DNA from: Flavobacteriaceae bacterium
Lineage (GTDB): Bacteria > Bacteroidota > Bacteroidia > Flavobacteriales > Flavobacteriaceae
NCBI GenBank assembly: GCA_016649715.1
Contig: JAENXC010000014.1
Span: 33,813 to 97,812 of the forward strand
Reading direction: 5' to 3'
Length of the DNA stretch: 64,000 bases
A program made the position numbers and the translations under genes. Position 1 is the first letter of the stretch, and the number at the start of each line of letters is the position of its first letter. Below, in pieces: positions 9,439 to 19,618 of this stretch. The notes beneath the pieces are model-generated. The model did not search any database and was not told the origin of the DNA. It was given only the letters and a program-made list of their open reading frames with translations.

Positions 9439-10077
9439 CTAAAACGAATATCCTGCTGAAATTTGGAAAACGTTGTTTTGGTTTTTATAGCTATACTTGT
9501 AATAATTATCTCCATCGTAATATTCGACATCATCGTCAGAAATATCCATTAAACCTTTGTTAAATCTTAAGCTAAAGAAAACCCCATTATTTAAACGATA
9601 ACTTGCGCCAATGCCTATTGCAACATCTAGAGAATTAAAATCATCTTTTGCATCAACATCGAAAGAACCATCTTCATCATCACCTTTGTACTTTGCATTC
9701 ACAAGAATTCCAATTTGTGGTCCAAGTTCAACGCTTAAGCCTTCTATTATATAATATTTCCCCATAATCGGAACATTTATATAGCCTAGTATCATTTTTT
9801 CTTCATAATCTCCTAAATCAATTCCCATATAACTTCCGTATTTGGCACCTTGGGAAGAGTATAAAAGTTCAGGTTGAATAGCAAATTTTCCAGCCAATGG
9901 AATTTCCACTAAACCACCTACGTGGAAACCAACGAGTGGATCTAATGCACCAACGTTATCACCTCCAATGGAAGCAATGTTTACACCCGCTTTAAAACCA
10001 ATTCTAAATTCGCCTTGGGCGTTTGAGTTTGCAAAAGCAAAAATTGCAACTGCAACAAAAAGTAATAATTTTTTCAT
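9439..10077 (-). CDS. Outer-membrane beta-barrel (porin family), copy 2
   Basis: Same motifs (GFKAGVN, IQPELLYSSQG, YINVPIM, GYSF); close paralogue of 8659-9306. Confidence 0.85.
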   Translation of the reverse strand: MKKLLLFVAVAIFAFANSNAQGEFRIGFKAGVNIASIGGDNVGALDPLVGFHVGGLVEIPLAGKFAIQPELLYSSQGAKYGSYMGIDLGDYEEKMILGYINVPIMGKYYIIEGLSVELGPQIGILVNAKYKGDDEDGSFDVDAKDDFNSLDVAIGIGASYRLNNGVFFSLRFNKGLMDISDDDVEYYDGDNYYKYSYKNQNNVFQISAGYSF

Positions 10078-10204
10078 AATTAAAAGTTTTTAAGATTAGT
10101 GGTTAAAAATAGTAAAAAACATTGGATTAAGCCAAATGAATCTTAAAACAGATAAAAAAAAACCGCCCAGATCAGGCGGTTTTAATAATTGATATTTCAA
10201 GTTT

Positions 10205-10753
10205 TTATAGAAAAGAATAACCCAATGCTACTGAAAACACATTATTCTTACTTTTCGTATATCCCAAAACATCAGTAAAACCAAAGCTATAACGGGTGTC
10301 CAATCTAATTCCAAAAGGGAAATCATATCCTGCGCCAACTACCCCAGAAATAGCACTCTTTTCAGCATCTATTTTGCCAAGGCCTCCGCCATAATTTATC
10401 TGATAAACTTCGTCCTTAACGATAAAGCCGAATTGCGGTCCAACTTGAAGGTTTAGACCTTTTATAAGATATACCTTCAGTACCACAGGAATATTTATAT
10501 AATTTAAATCAAATTTACTTGCATTAAACTCCGCGCCTTGTTGCGAATACAGAACATCTGCCTGAATCCCAATCTTATCGCCAAATTTTATTCCCGCAAA
10601 AACCCCGGCCTGAAAACCAGTCTTGTTGGAAAGATTATCAATATCTGAAATTTGTGAAAAGTTAACCCCAGCTTTCACTCCAAGATCCAGTTTCTGCGAA
10701 AAAGCGGCGGCTCCAATACACATCGCAATAAGTGCTACAATTAATTTTTTCAT
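10205..10753 (-). CDS. Outer-membrane beta-barrel (porin family), copy 1, more divergent
   Basis: GVKAGVN, LYSQQG, YINIPV and GYSFL motifs. Confidence 0.85.
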   Translation of the reverse strand: MKKLIVALIAMCIGAAAFSQKLDLGVKAGVNFSQISDIDNLSNKTGFQAGVFAGIKFGDKIGIQADVLYSQQGAEFNASKFDLNYINIPVVLKVYLIKGLNLQVGPQFGFIVKDEVYQINYGGGLGKIDAEKSAISGVVGAGYDFPFGIRLDTRYSFGFTDVLGYTKSKNNVFSVALGYSFL

Positions 10754-10862
10754 AATAGTAAGTTTTTGAGTTTTCGATTAAACGTAAAGATACCCTTAAT
10801 GTTATAGGGTAAAATACATTTAGTTTTTTGTTAACTATTGTTTTTAGTGGTAATATAGCGGT

Positions 10863-11768
10863 ATGAAGTGGCAAGCAGTTTTAAAGGATTACCAAAACTA
10901 CCTCCGTTTGGAGCGTGGGCTTTCGGAAAATTCCATCATCAACTATTCATTGGACGTAAAAAAATTGATGCGATGGCTCGAAACCAATGGGATGGACATT
11001 TCGCCAATTTCAATTTCGGAAGAAACGCTGCAACAATTTATTTATGAAATTGCCAAAAAAGTGAATCCTCGTTCCCAAAGTCGCCTCATCTCTGGGCTGA
11101 AAGGTTTTTTCAATTATCTGATTTTTGAAGATTACCGAAAAACAAATCCGCTGGAACTCATTGAGTCCCCAAAACTGGGAAGAAAACTGCCAGACACACT
11201 TGCCGTGGAAGAAATTGACGCAATGATTGGCGCCATAGACCTAGGTTCAAAACAAGGCGAACGCAACCGTGCCATCCTCGAAACCCTTTACGGTTGCGGC
11301 CTGCGCGTTTCGGAACTTACAAACCTTAAAATTTCCGATCTTTTTTTTGAAGAAGGTTTTATAAAAGTAACGGGCAAAGGCGATAAACAGCGCTTGGTTC
11401 CCATTGGACCCACTACTGAAAAATACATCAATATTTATAGGAAGGAAATCCGCGTGCACCAAGAAATCCATCCGCTGGCAAAAGACACCGTTTTCCTAAA
11501 CCAACACGGAAAACCACTTACTCGCGCAATGATATTTACTATCGTAAAACGTTTGGCTGTAAAAGCAGGTATTCGCAAAACCATCAGTCCGCACACCTTT
11601 CGCCATTCCTTCGCCACCCATCTTTTGGAAAACGGCGCCGATCTTCGCGCCATCCAGCAAATGCTCGGCCACGAAAGCATTACTACTACCGAAATATACA
11701 CACATATAGACCGAAGACATTTAACGGAAGTTATTAATAAGTATCATCCAAGAAAGGAAGCCCCCTAA
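10863..11768 (+). CDS. xerD: Chromosomal site-specific tyrosine recombinase XerD
   Basis: N-terminal SAM-like domain; LYGCGLRVSEL, GKGDKQR, HTFRHSFATH and LGH...TTEIY catalytic motifs; housekeeping context next to aroQ and rny. Confidence 0.88.
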   Translation: MKWQAVLKDYQNYLRLERGLSENSIINYSLDVKKLMRWLETNGMDISPISISEETLQQFIYEIAKKVNPRSQSRLISGLKGFFNYLIFEDYRKTNPLELIESPKLGRKLPDTLAVEEIDAMIGAIDLGSKQGERNRAILETLYGCGLRVSELTNLKISDLFFEEGFIKVTGKGDKQRLVPIGPTTEKYINIYRKEIRVHQEIHPLAKDTVFLNQHGKPLTRAMIFTIVKRLAVKAGIRKTISPHTFRHSFATHLLENGADLRAIQQMLGHESITTTEIYTHIDRRHLTEVINKYHPRKEAP

Positions 11769-11879
11769 CCCCCAAGCCCCCGAAGGGGGAACTTCTACTA
11801 TTGCGAAAAAACAAAAAGCTCCTAAAGGAGCTTTTTTATTGGGTTTGAGTAAGAGTTCCCCCTTCGGGGGCTAGGGGGA
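11761..11879. repeat. Inverted pair of CCCCCTAACCCCC..GAAGGGGGAAC REP-like elements enclosing a bidirectional terminator (11814-11836)
   Basis: Left arm 11761-11792 and right arm GTTCCCCCTTCGGGGGCTAGGGGGA at 11855-11879; terminator AAAAGCTCC-TAAA-GGAGCTTTT lies between them. Confidence 0.75.
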
Positions 11880-11881
11880 CT

Positions 11882-13444
11882 TTACTTCGCTATGTTAACC
11901 GCTCTCGTTTCACGTATTACGGTAACCTTCACCTGTCCCGGGTAGGTCATATCGGTTTGTATTTTTTGCGAAATTTCAAACGAAAGTTGTGCTGCTTTTT
12001 CATCGCTCACTTTATCGCTTTCCACCATTACCCGAAGCTCTCGCCCTGCTTGAATTGCGTAGGCTTTGTTCACGCCGCCAAACCCGAAAGCAATATCTTC
12101 CAAATCCTTCAAACGCTTAATATAGCTATCCAACACTTGACGTCTTGCTCCAGGTCTTGCACCGCTGATGGCATCACAAACCTGTACGATTGGAGACAAT
12201 AATCCGGTCATTTCAATTTCGTCGTGGTGAGCGCCGATAGCGTTGCAGACTTCTGGTTTTTCACCGTATTTCTCGGCCCATTGCATTCCTAAAAGTGCGT
12301 GTGGCAGTTCGGTTTCCATTTCTGGAACCTTTCCAATATCGTGAAGCAATCCAGCGCGTTTTGCGAGTTTGGCGTTCAAACCGAGTTCGGCAGCCATAAC
12401 GCCACAGAGTCTTGCAACTTCGCGGGAGTGATGTAAAAGGTTTTGACCGTAAGAGGAACGGTATTTCATACGCCCCACTGCCTTTATCAATTCAGGGTGC
12501 AAGCCGTGGATTCCCAGTTCGATGATGGTTCTTTTACCCACTTCAATTATTTCTTCTTCTATCTGTTTGGTGGTTTTTTGAACCACTTCTTCAATTCGTG
12601 CTGGGTGGATTCGTCCGTCGGTAACCAATTTGTGCAATGACAAACGCGCAATTTCCCTTCTAACGGAATCAAAACAGGAAAGTATGATAGCTTCGGGCGT
12701 GTCATCAACAATAATCTCAACGCCGGTTGCGGCTTCAATAGCGCGGATGTTTCGCCCTTCACGGCCAATGATTCGTCCCTTTACATCGTCACTTTCAAGG
12801 TTGAAAACGGAAACGCAGTTTTCCACAGCTTCCTCTGTCCCGATGCGTTGAATGGTGTTGATTATTATCTTTTTGGCTTCCTGCTGCGCGGTCATCTTGG
12901 CTTCTTCCATAGAAGTCTGCACAAAGGCCATTGCTTGGGTTTTTGCTTCGTCTTTAAGGCTTTCCATCAACTGGTTCTTAGCATCTTCAGCAGAAAGGCT
13001 GCTTATAACCTCCAGTTGTTCCACTTGGTTGCGGTGCATTCTCTCTACTTCGCTTTGCTTTTTTTCCAGAACCAAAATCCGTTCGTCAAAATCCGTTTGT
13101 TTGGACTCAAGTTCAGAATTCAATTTTTTCGATTTTGCCAGTTCGCTGGACACTTGCGATTCTTTGTCGCGAGTTCTTTTTTCAGTTTCAGAAATCTTTC
13201 TGTCGCGGCTCAATATTACTTTTTCGTGCTCTGTTTTCAATTCCAAAAACTTCTCTTTTGCCTGAAGTATTTTATCTTTTTTTATTGTTTCTGCTTCCGA
13301 TTTTGCCTCTTTCAGTACAGCCGATGCGCTCTTTTTTGCTCTTAATATAAGCTGGGAGGCGTTGTTGCGCTCCAAGATTTTCGCAATAAAGAACCCAATC
13401 GCTACTCCGATGATGGCACAAATTACTATAGTTATAATTTCCAT
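11882..13444 (-). CDS. rny: Ribonuclease Y
   Basis: N-terminal TM anchor, coiled coil, KH domain ([12 protein letters not shown]), HD domain (LLHDIGK) and YAIQAGRE. Confidence 0.97.
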   Translation of the reverse strand: MEIITIVICAIIGVAIGFFIAKILERNNASQLILRAKKSASAVLKEAKSEAETIKKDKILQAKEKFLELKTEHEKVILSRDRKISETEKRTRDKESQVSSELAKSKKLNSELESKQTDFDERILVLEKKQSEVERMHRNQVEQLEVISSLSAEDAKNQLMESLKDEAKTQAMAFVQTSMEEAKMTAQQEAKKIIINTIQRIGTEEAVENCVSVFNLESDDVKGRIIGREGRNIRAIEAATGVEIIVDDTPEAIILSCFDSVRREIARLSLHKLVTDGRIHPARIEEVVQKTTKQIEEEIIEVGKRTIIELGIHGLHPELIKAVGRMKYRSSYGQNLLHHSREVARLCGVMAAELGLNAKLAKRAGLLHDIGKVPEMETELPHALLGMQWAEKYGEKPEVCNAIGAHHDEIEMTGLLSPIVQVCDAISGARPGARRQVLDSYIKRLKDLEDIAFGFGGVNKAYAIQAGRELRVMVESDKVSDEKAAQLSFEISQKIQTDMTYPGQVKVTVIRETRAVNIAK

Positions 13445-13472
13445 TTTTAGTTGAGTTATATGTATAAAAAAA

Positions 13473-13635
13473 GCCTACATCAATATATTTATTTTGAATA
13501 AACTCCTTAAAATGAATGTTTAGGGCTAACAAGCTGGTCAAGTATCCGCTCTAAGACGGCGCGCTTTTACAACTTCAACTCACCCTTTTTAAAGAATTCC
13601 TGTTGAGTTTACCAAAAATGAATATTAATGTAGGC
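13473..13635 (-). ncRNA. ssrS: 6S RNA (Flavobacterial type) between zapA and rny
   Basis: Ends pair (GCCTACATCAATAT at 13473 with AATATTAATGTAGGC at 13621-13635), forming a long rod followed by a U-tract on the minus strand. Position downstream of zapA is the known 6S synteny. Confidence 0.72.
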
Positions 13636-13661
13636 AGTAACCTTATTTAATTTAAAGAACG

Positions 13662-13952
13662 TTATGATAGCTGCTCCTGCAGCAAACGGTCCAAAGCCAT
13701 TAGCTTTGTTTCTGTTTCCTGCGTGTCGCTGGAGTTATCAATTTGTTTTTGCTCTACCTGGGCGGCAAACTGGAGGGCACACATGGCCAAAACATCCTGT
13801 TTGTCGCGGACGGCATAACTTTGCTCGAACTTTTTAATCATTTCTTCTATCTTTTTGCTCGCCAACCGCAATCCTTCTTCCTGCGAAGGGTTGATGGTCA
13901 AGGGATAAACCCTGTCTGCAATTGATATTTTTATTTTTAATGGTTCGGCCAT
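13662..13952 (-). CDS. zapA: Cell division protein ZapA
   Basis: Start MAEPLKIKISIADRVYPL at 13952; YAVRDKQDVLAMCALQFA motif. Confidence 0.92.
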   Translation of the reverse strand: MAEPLKIKISIADRVYPLTINPSQEEGLRLASKKIEEMIKKFEQSYAVRDKQDVLAMCALQFAAQVEQKQIDNSSDTQETETKLMALDRLLQEQLS

Positions 13953-13963
13953 TGTTATATTTT

Positions 13964-14254
13964 TTATTCGGAAAGTTGTGCAATGCAATGATCTATTTCC
14001 CGAACTAGAGCGTTTATCTTAAGTTTAGTTTCTCGTTTATGCTGGTCGCTGCCGAGCATTGAATTTGCCAGTTTTAATGAGTTGCATTTTTCGGTCCAAA
14101 CTTCAATTTCTTTTTCAAATTGTTGCTGTTTCGACTTTAAAAATGTGAGTTCTTCCTCCAATTCCGCATTGGCTTTTTTTAATTTTTCGTGCTTGTTAAG
14201 CAGTTTGCCAATTCTATTTTCAAGAGAATCAACTATTTCAGTAAGATTACTCAT
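13964..14254 (-). CDS. Coiled-coil protein upstream of zapA (ZapB-like)
   Basis: 96-aa heptad-rich protein ending INALVREIDHCIAQLSE; cotranscribed position with zapA. Confidence 0.75.
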   Translation of the reverse strand: MSNLTEIVDSLENRIGKLLNKHEKLKKANAELEEELTFLKSKQQQFEKEIEVWTEKCNSLKLANSMLGSDQHKRETKLKINALVREIDHCIAQLSE

Positions 14255-14281
14255 TAAAATCTGTGTTCAATACTTCTATCA

Positions 14282-14289
14282 CAAAGTTA
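14282..14289 (-). promoter_or_regulatory. Bacteroidota -7 promoter element for the zapB-like/zapA operon
   Basis: Minus strand TAACTTTG matches TAnnTTTG. Confidence 0.65.
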
Positions 14290-14405
14290 GCATACCATCC
14301 CTAATAAGCAAGGGGTTTTCCATTATTTTTTGTATTATTGGGGAATAGATACAATAAATCATTTCCCCACCCCTTTTAATTATAGCGTATTCTTATTTTT
14401 ACACT

Positions 14406-16097
14406 ATGAAGAATTTTTTATCAATGCTCCTGCTTTTCGGTGGGCTTGCATACGGCCAAAGCGACGTTCCTTCAGATTATTTTTCCAATCCGCTGGACAT
14501 CAATATGCTGCTTGCAGGCAATTTTGGCGAATTGCGAGCCAACCATTTTCACAGTGGTCTGGACATTAAAACGGACCAACGGGAAGGCCTTCCAGTTTAC
14601 GCCCCAGCTGATGGTTATGTAAGCCGAATTCAAGTGCAGCATTATGGCTACGGGAAAGCGCTTTACATTCTTCACCCTAACGGATACACCACTGTTTACG
14701 GACACTTGCGAAGCTATGCCGGCGATATTGAAAAGTATGTGAAAGATACTCAATACAAAAAAGAGACTTTTGAAGTAGAGCTTTTTCCAGACAAAGCGCT
14801 TTTGCCAGTAAAAAAAGGTGATATAATAGCCTACACGGGCAATACGGGCGGCAGCGGCGGCCCGCACCTGCATTTTGAATTCCGTGATTCTTCACAACGG
14901 CCCATGAACCCGCTTCTCTTTGGAATTAAAATCCCAGATTCAAAAACCCCTATTGTCAGTGCTATTTTTGCATATCCCGCGGGTGAGGACGCCCAAGTGA
15001 ACCAAAGCCAAAACCGCACAAAACTGAGGTTGATAAAACAAAAGGGCGGCAATTACAAAACAGAAAACATAACCGCTTTTGGTAAAATTGGCTTCGGAAT
15101 AACCACTTACGACCAGCAGGATGGGGCTTCAAACAAAAACGGAACCTATAAAATTGGCACCCGCTTCAACGGCACTGAAAAATTTGAAGTGCTGTTCAAT
15201 AAATTCTCTTTTTCGGAATCGCGCTACCTTAACCGTTACACGGACTACAATTACTACGAAACCAATAAAAGTATGGTCCAAAAACTTTTTCGGGAATCAA
15301 ACAATCCGTTGAGTATTATTACAAAAGAAGATGACAATGGATATATAGCAGTTCAAGACAGCTTGAATTCAATATACACCATAGAAGTTGACGATTATAA
15401 CGGAAACCGCATGTTGGTTTCCATCCCGATTGAAGGCAAAAAGTTGGAAATTCTAGATTCTGTAAAAGTGGAAAAAACAGACGATTATATCTATGCAGAC
15501 CACGCTACCTCAATAACCAAGGGCAAATTCAGCATTTACATTCCCGCAAATAGTTTATACGAGGACACCTATTTGGATATTAAAGACGAAGGCGACATTT
15601 TAAAGTTTCACGAAGATGTAATCCCCATACACAGCAATATCTCAATCACTGTGGATGTTTCCAACTACAATGAAGCGGACCGGGACAAACTATATATAGG
15701 AAGACTAAACTACAAAGGCCTGCCCTATTACAATTCCACCACACTAAACGGCGACAAATTAACCGCGAAAATCAGAACCTTTGGCAGCTATACCGTTGCT
15801 TCAGACACTACTGCACCTACCGTAAAACCCGTAAATTTTGCAGAAGGGAAATGGATAAGCAACCAAAATTTCCTTCAAGTAAAAATAAGTGACGATTTGA
15901 GCGGCATCAGCTCGTACAGGGGGACCATCAACGGAAAATTCATTTTGATGGAATATGATTACAAAAAGAACGTTCTTACATATAATTTCAATGATAACGT
16001 AAATTTGGATTCCGAAAACAATTTCAAACTTATAGTAATAGATAATGTGGGAAATAGTGCTACATTTGAAGCAAAATTTTTCAGAAAACAACCCTAA
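14406..16097 (+). CDS. M23 family metallopeptidase (exported)
   Basis: Signal peptide; HFHSGLD (HxxxD) and GPHLHFE (HxH) zinc motifs. Confidence 0.9.
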   Translation: MKNFLSMLLLFGGLAYGQSDVPSDYFSNPLDINMLLAGNFGELRANHFHSGLDIKTDQREGLPVYAPADGYVSRIQVQHYGYGKALYILHPNGYTTVYGHLRSYAGDIEKYVKDTQYKKETFEVELFPDKALLPVKKGDIIAYTGNTGGSGGPHLHFEFRDSSQRPMNPLLFGIKIPDSKTPIVSAIFAYPAGEDAQVNQSQNRTKLRLIKQKGGNYKTENITAFGKIGFGITTYDQQDGASNKNGTYKIGTRFNGTEKFEVLFNKFSFSESRYLNRYTDYNYYETNKSMVQKLFRESNNPLSIITKEDDNGYIAVQDSLNSIYTIEVDDYNGNRMLVSIPIEGKKLEILDSVKVEKTDDYIYADHATSITKGKFSIYIPANSLYEDTYLDIKDEGDILKFHEDVIPIHSNISITVDVSNYNEADRDKLYIGRLNYKGLPYYNSTTLNGDKLTAKIRTFGSYTVASDTTAPTVKPVNFAEGKWISNQNFLQVKISDDLSGISSYRGTINGKFILMEYDYKKNVLTYNFNDNVNLDSENNFKLIVIDNVGNSATFEAKFFRKQP

Positions 16098-16100
16098 CCC

Positions 16101-18566
16101 TTGCTTTTGAAAACAATCAAACTACCGCTAACTCTCCTTTTCTTTTGCTTCGCAACCATTGTGTTTGCGCAAAAAGCCGTGATAAAAGGAATTATTCTTG
16201 ACGAAAATAACTTACCGGTTTCTGGTGCTAACATAACGTTTAAGGACACGGGAACCATTTCAGATTTAAATGGCTTCTATCTGTTGGAAATCCCTTCAAA
16301 TGAAAACGTTATCATTTCGTTTTCACACCTTAGCCATAAAAAAATCCAGCTCACCGTAAATCTTTCCCCCAACGAAGATTATGAACTGAACCCGGTGATG
16401 AACACCAGCATTGAGCAAATTAGTGAGGTGGTGATTTCGGGTCGCGAAAACAAGCGCGTGGAAGGTGTTACAACCATTTCGCCCGAAGTGATCCGCAAAA
16501 TGGTGGGCGCCAACGCAGGGGTTGAAAACCTTTTGAAATCCCTCCCCGGCGTGAACGGCAATGACGAATTGAGCACGCAATATGCCGTGCGCGGTGGAAA
16601 TTATGATGAAAACCTGGTTTATGTAAACGAAATTGAAGTGTATCGCCCTTTCCTTATCAGAAGTGGGCAACAGGAAGGTTTAAGCTTCGTAAACAGTGAC
16701 CTAACGAGCAATGTGGAATTTTCTGCTGGAGGTTTTCAAGCGAAATACGGCGACAAACTTTCATCCGTTTTAGACATTACCTACCGCAAACCCGTTGATT
16801 TTGGGGCTTCAATAGATGCGAGCTTTTTAGGGGCAAGTGGCTCTGTGGAAGGCATTTCAAAAAACGGAAGGCTTTCTGGAATTATGGGAATCCGCTACCG
16901 CGACAACAGTCTTTTCGTAAAGGCAAAACAGACCGAAACCAACTACCATCCTAAGTTTGCGGATGCACAGACTTATTTAACCTATAAAATCACAAACAAC
17001 TTTGAACTTAGCTTTTTGGGAAATGTTTCGCTCAACGAATACAATTACAGACCCCTAACGAGACAAACGAATTTCGGAACCATCACGGAACCAATCGCGC
17101 TGCTTGTGTTTTACGAAGGCCGCGAGGAAGACAAATACAACACCTACTTTGGCGCATTTAAATCTACTTGGGTGGTTTCGGAAAATTACACCGCAAAATT
17201 TATCGCTTCCCTTTACCAAACCACCGAGCAGGAATATTTTGACATCCTTGCCGAATACCGTTTGGGCGAAGTGAATACTGAAATAGGCAGCGAAGATCTG
17301 GGAACAGTGGAATACACCCGTGGCATCGGAGGCCAGTTGACCCACGCCCGAAATGATTTGGATGCTTTAATCCTGAATGTAGAGCACAAAGGAAATCTTT
17401 CGCTAAAAGAAAACAAGATAGAATACGGCTTTAAATACACCCGCGAAGATATTCGCGACCGGGTGCAGGAATACGAAATTATTGACTCGGCTGGATTTTC
17501 AATAAATCCGCCCATCTTTCCGCCGAACAACCAACCTTACGACCCAGACGCTACACCCATTGTGCCTTACACAAGTGTCCGTGCGCTAAACGATACCCAG
17601 ATTGACCGAATTTCAGGTTATGCACAATGGAGCAGAAAAACAAGTCTCGGAAACGGCGAACTCTGGTTGAACGCTGGTGTTCGTGCACATAATTGGACGG
17701 TTAGCGGAAAAAACATTACAAGCACTACACAAACAGTTTTCAGCCCGCGGTTTCAAGTTGCCTTAAAACCTGATTGGAAAAGGGATATGCTTTTCCGCCT
17801 TTCGGGCGGGGTGTACCAACAACCTCCTTTTTATAGGGAATTGCGCGATTCTTCGGGGACGGTTCGTCCGGGCGTGAAGGCGCAAAAATCAATACACATT
17901 GTCTTTGGAAACGATTACAGTTTCAAAATGTGGGACCGTGCGTTTAGATTGAATACTGAATTGTATTACAAACATTTAACCGATGTAAATCCATATACTT
18001 TGGAGAACGTCCGCATTCGTTACCGTGCCACCAACAACGCAGTTGCTTATGCTTACGGCCTCGATTTGCGTTTGGCGGGGGAATTTGTTCCCGGTACCGA
18101 AAGTTGGTTGAGCTTTGGCTATTTGAAAACCGAGGAAAACATTGACGATCGCGGCTACATCTTCCGCCCTACGGATCAGCGTTTGAAGTTTGGAATGTTG
18201 TTCCAGGATTACGTGAAGGTGATCCCTTCGCTTAAAATGTATTTGAATTTAACTTACAACACAGGACTTCCCGGAGGTTCGCCGAGTTACGCTGACCCGT
18301 ATAGATATCAAACCCGTTTGCGCGATTACAAACGCGCCGATCTTGGCGTGAGCTATGTAATTGTGGATGATACCAAATTAAGGGATAGCGGTTGGTTGAA
18401 GCCTTTCAAGGAATTGTCAATCGGAGCGGAAATCTTCAACATTTTTGATGTGCAGAACTCTATCACCAATACTTTTGTGAGAGATGTTTACACTAAAGTT
18501 CAGTATTCTATCCCGAATTACTTGTCGCCACGGGTTTTCAACCTTAGGCTTACTGCGAAGTTTTAG
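16101..18566 (+). CDS. TonB-dependent receptor with carboxypeptidase-regulatory-like N-domain
   Basis: IKGIILDENNLPVSGANI N-domain; plug motif VRGGNYDENLVYVN...GGFQAKYGDKLSSVLDI; C-terminal F. Confidence 0.88.
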   Translation: MLLKTIKLPLTLLFFCFATIVFAQKAVIKGIILDENNLPVSGANITFKDTGTISDLNGFYLLEIPSNENVIISFSHLSHKKIQLTVNLSPNEDYELNPVMNTSIEQISEVVISGRENKRVEGVTTISPEVIRKMVGANAGVENLLKSLPGVNGNDELSTQYAVRGGNYDENLVYVNEIEVYRPFLIRSGQQEGLSFVNSDLTSNVEFSAGGFQAKYGDKLSSVLDITYRKPVDFGASIDASFLGASGSVEGISKNGRLSGIMGIRYRDNSLFVKAKQTETNYHPKFADAQTYLTYKITNNFELSFLGNVSLNEYNYRPLTRQTNFGTITEPIALLVFYEGREEDKYNTYFGAFKSTWVVSENYTAKFIASLYQTTEQEYFDILAEYRLGEVNTEIGSEDLGTVEYTRGIGGQLTHARNDLDALILNVEHKGNLSLKENKIEYGFKYTREDIRDRVQEYEIIDSAGFSINPPIFPPNNQPYDPDATPIVPYTSVRALNDTQIDRISGYAQWSRKTSLGNGELWLNAGVRAHNWTVSGKNITSTTQTVFSPRFQVALKPDWKRDMLFRLSGGVYQQPPFYRELRDSSGTVRPGVKAQKSIHIVFGNDYSFKMWDRAFRLNTELYYKHLTDVNPYTLENVRIRYRATNNAVAYAYGLDLRLAGEFVPGTESWLSFGYLKTEENIDDRGYIFRPTDQRLKFGMLFQDYVKVIPSLKMYLNLTYNTGLPGGSPSYADPYRYQTRLRDYKRADLGVSYVIVDDTKLRDSGWLKPFKELSIGAEIFNIFDVQNSITNTFVRDVYTKVQYSIPNYLSPRVFNLRLTAKF

Positions 18567-18581
18567 GGATTAAAAGATTAC

Positions 18582-18632
<51 letters not shown>

Positions 18633-18655
18633 ATTAACCCTAAAATATTAAAATC

Positions 18656-19312
18656 ATGAAAACAATGAAATTTACAATCGCATTATTTGCTGCAACCTTA
18701 CTATTTACTTCTTGTAAAGATGAAAAAAAGGAGCAAGCTAAAAAAAACGTAGAAGCTTTTACAACATATGTAGATTCTATTTCCAAATTAGATATGGCGG
18801 AAGCAAAATCAAATTGGACAAATATTGAAAATGACTACGTTACCCACAAAAAAACTGTCGATGAAAATTCAAATGAATTTGCTGAAGATCAAGATTTGAA
18901 AAAAGATGTAGATAATGCTTCGGTAAAATTTGAAGAGTATAAAGCTCAGTTAGCTGAAAAAGAACAGCAAGAAATGAATACCAAAAATGACTTTAGAATA
19001 TCACTTTTAGGAAAAGACTTTATAAACGATGATATGAAGTTTGAATGGATAAACAAGGACAATATCCTAAGTGTTTACCAAAATTTCGTTGATACGGTTG
19101 AAGCTAATAAAGACAATTATTCAAGAGAAGATTGGGATGAAATTAAATTGTTATATGAAGCAATTGATACTAGAAAAAACACCGTTGAAAAGGAAGGCCT
19201 TACTACTAAAGACAACCTTGCAATCGCTGGTTTAAAATTAAAATTTGCACCAATGTATGAGTTGAATAGAATGGGAGCAAAATCTGAAGAAAACGCTGAC
19301 GCAAAAAATTAA
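18656..19312 (+). CDS. Helical lipoprotein (DUF6565-like)
   Basis: Lipobox FTSC; charged helical body; SREDWDEIKLLYEAIDTRKNTVE motif recalled from Flavobacterial DUF6565 proteins. Confidence 0.75.
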   Translation: MKTMKFTIALFAATLLFTSCKDEKKEQAKKNVEAFTTYVDSISKLDMAEAKSNWTNIENDYVTHKKTVDENSNEFAEDQDLKKDVDNASVKFEEYKAQLAEKEQQEMNTKNDFRISLLGKDFINDDMKFEWINKDNILSVYQNFVDTVEANKDNYSREDWDEIKLLYEAIDTRKNTVEKEGLTTKDNLAIAGLKLKFAPMYELNRMGAKSEENADAKN

Positions 19313-19422
19313 ATCTTTATAATCAACAGCCGAAGCTGCTTTTTCAAAAGTTAGCTGTGCAGTAAGTGTGCAAGTAACTTTAAAACATAGTTTAGGCTTT
19401 GATTCTGTGCAATAAATGAATC

Positions 19423-19457
19423 AAAGGATAGGATTTGAAACCCTATCCTTTTTTTTG
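19423..19457 (+). terminator. Intrinsic terminator
   Basis: AAAGGATAGG...CCTATCCTTT followed by a T-tract. Confidence 0.8.
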
Positions 19458-19618
19458 TTTAATGCATCCCTTTATTGGCCCCCTTGAAAATGAAATATAT
19501 TAAGGGTGAGTAGCATTCGGTTAGTGGTTATCAATTTATTTTTATGTTGTTGGGCAACATTTTTGAGCCGTAATTTTACACATCCGTAAAAGTAAAATGC
19601 ACACGGTTTTCTAACTCA

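Noticed and set aside
10863-11768. Tyrosine recombinase as a phage or island integrase
   Set aside because: It has XerD length and motifs and is flanked by housekeeping aroQ/OMP genes and rny, with no att repeats, tRNA or cargo.
19397-19451. Hairpin CTTTGATTC/GAATCAAAG overlapping the terminator as a possible antiterminator
   Set aside because: The overlap is only about 4 nt, it lies in a 3' region with no downstream same-strand gene, and no riboswitch motif is recognisable.
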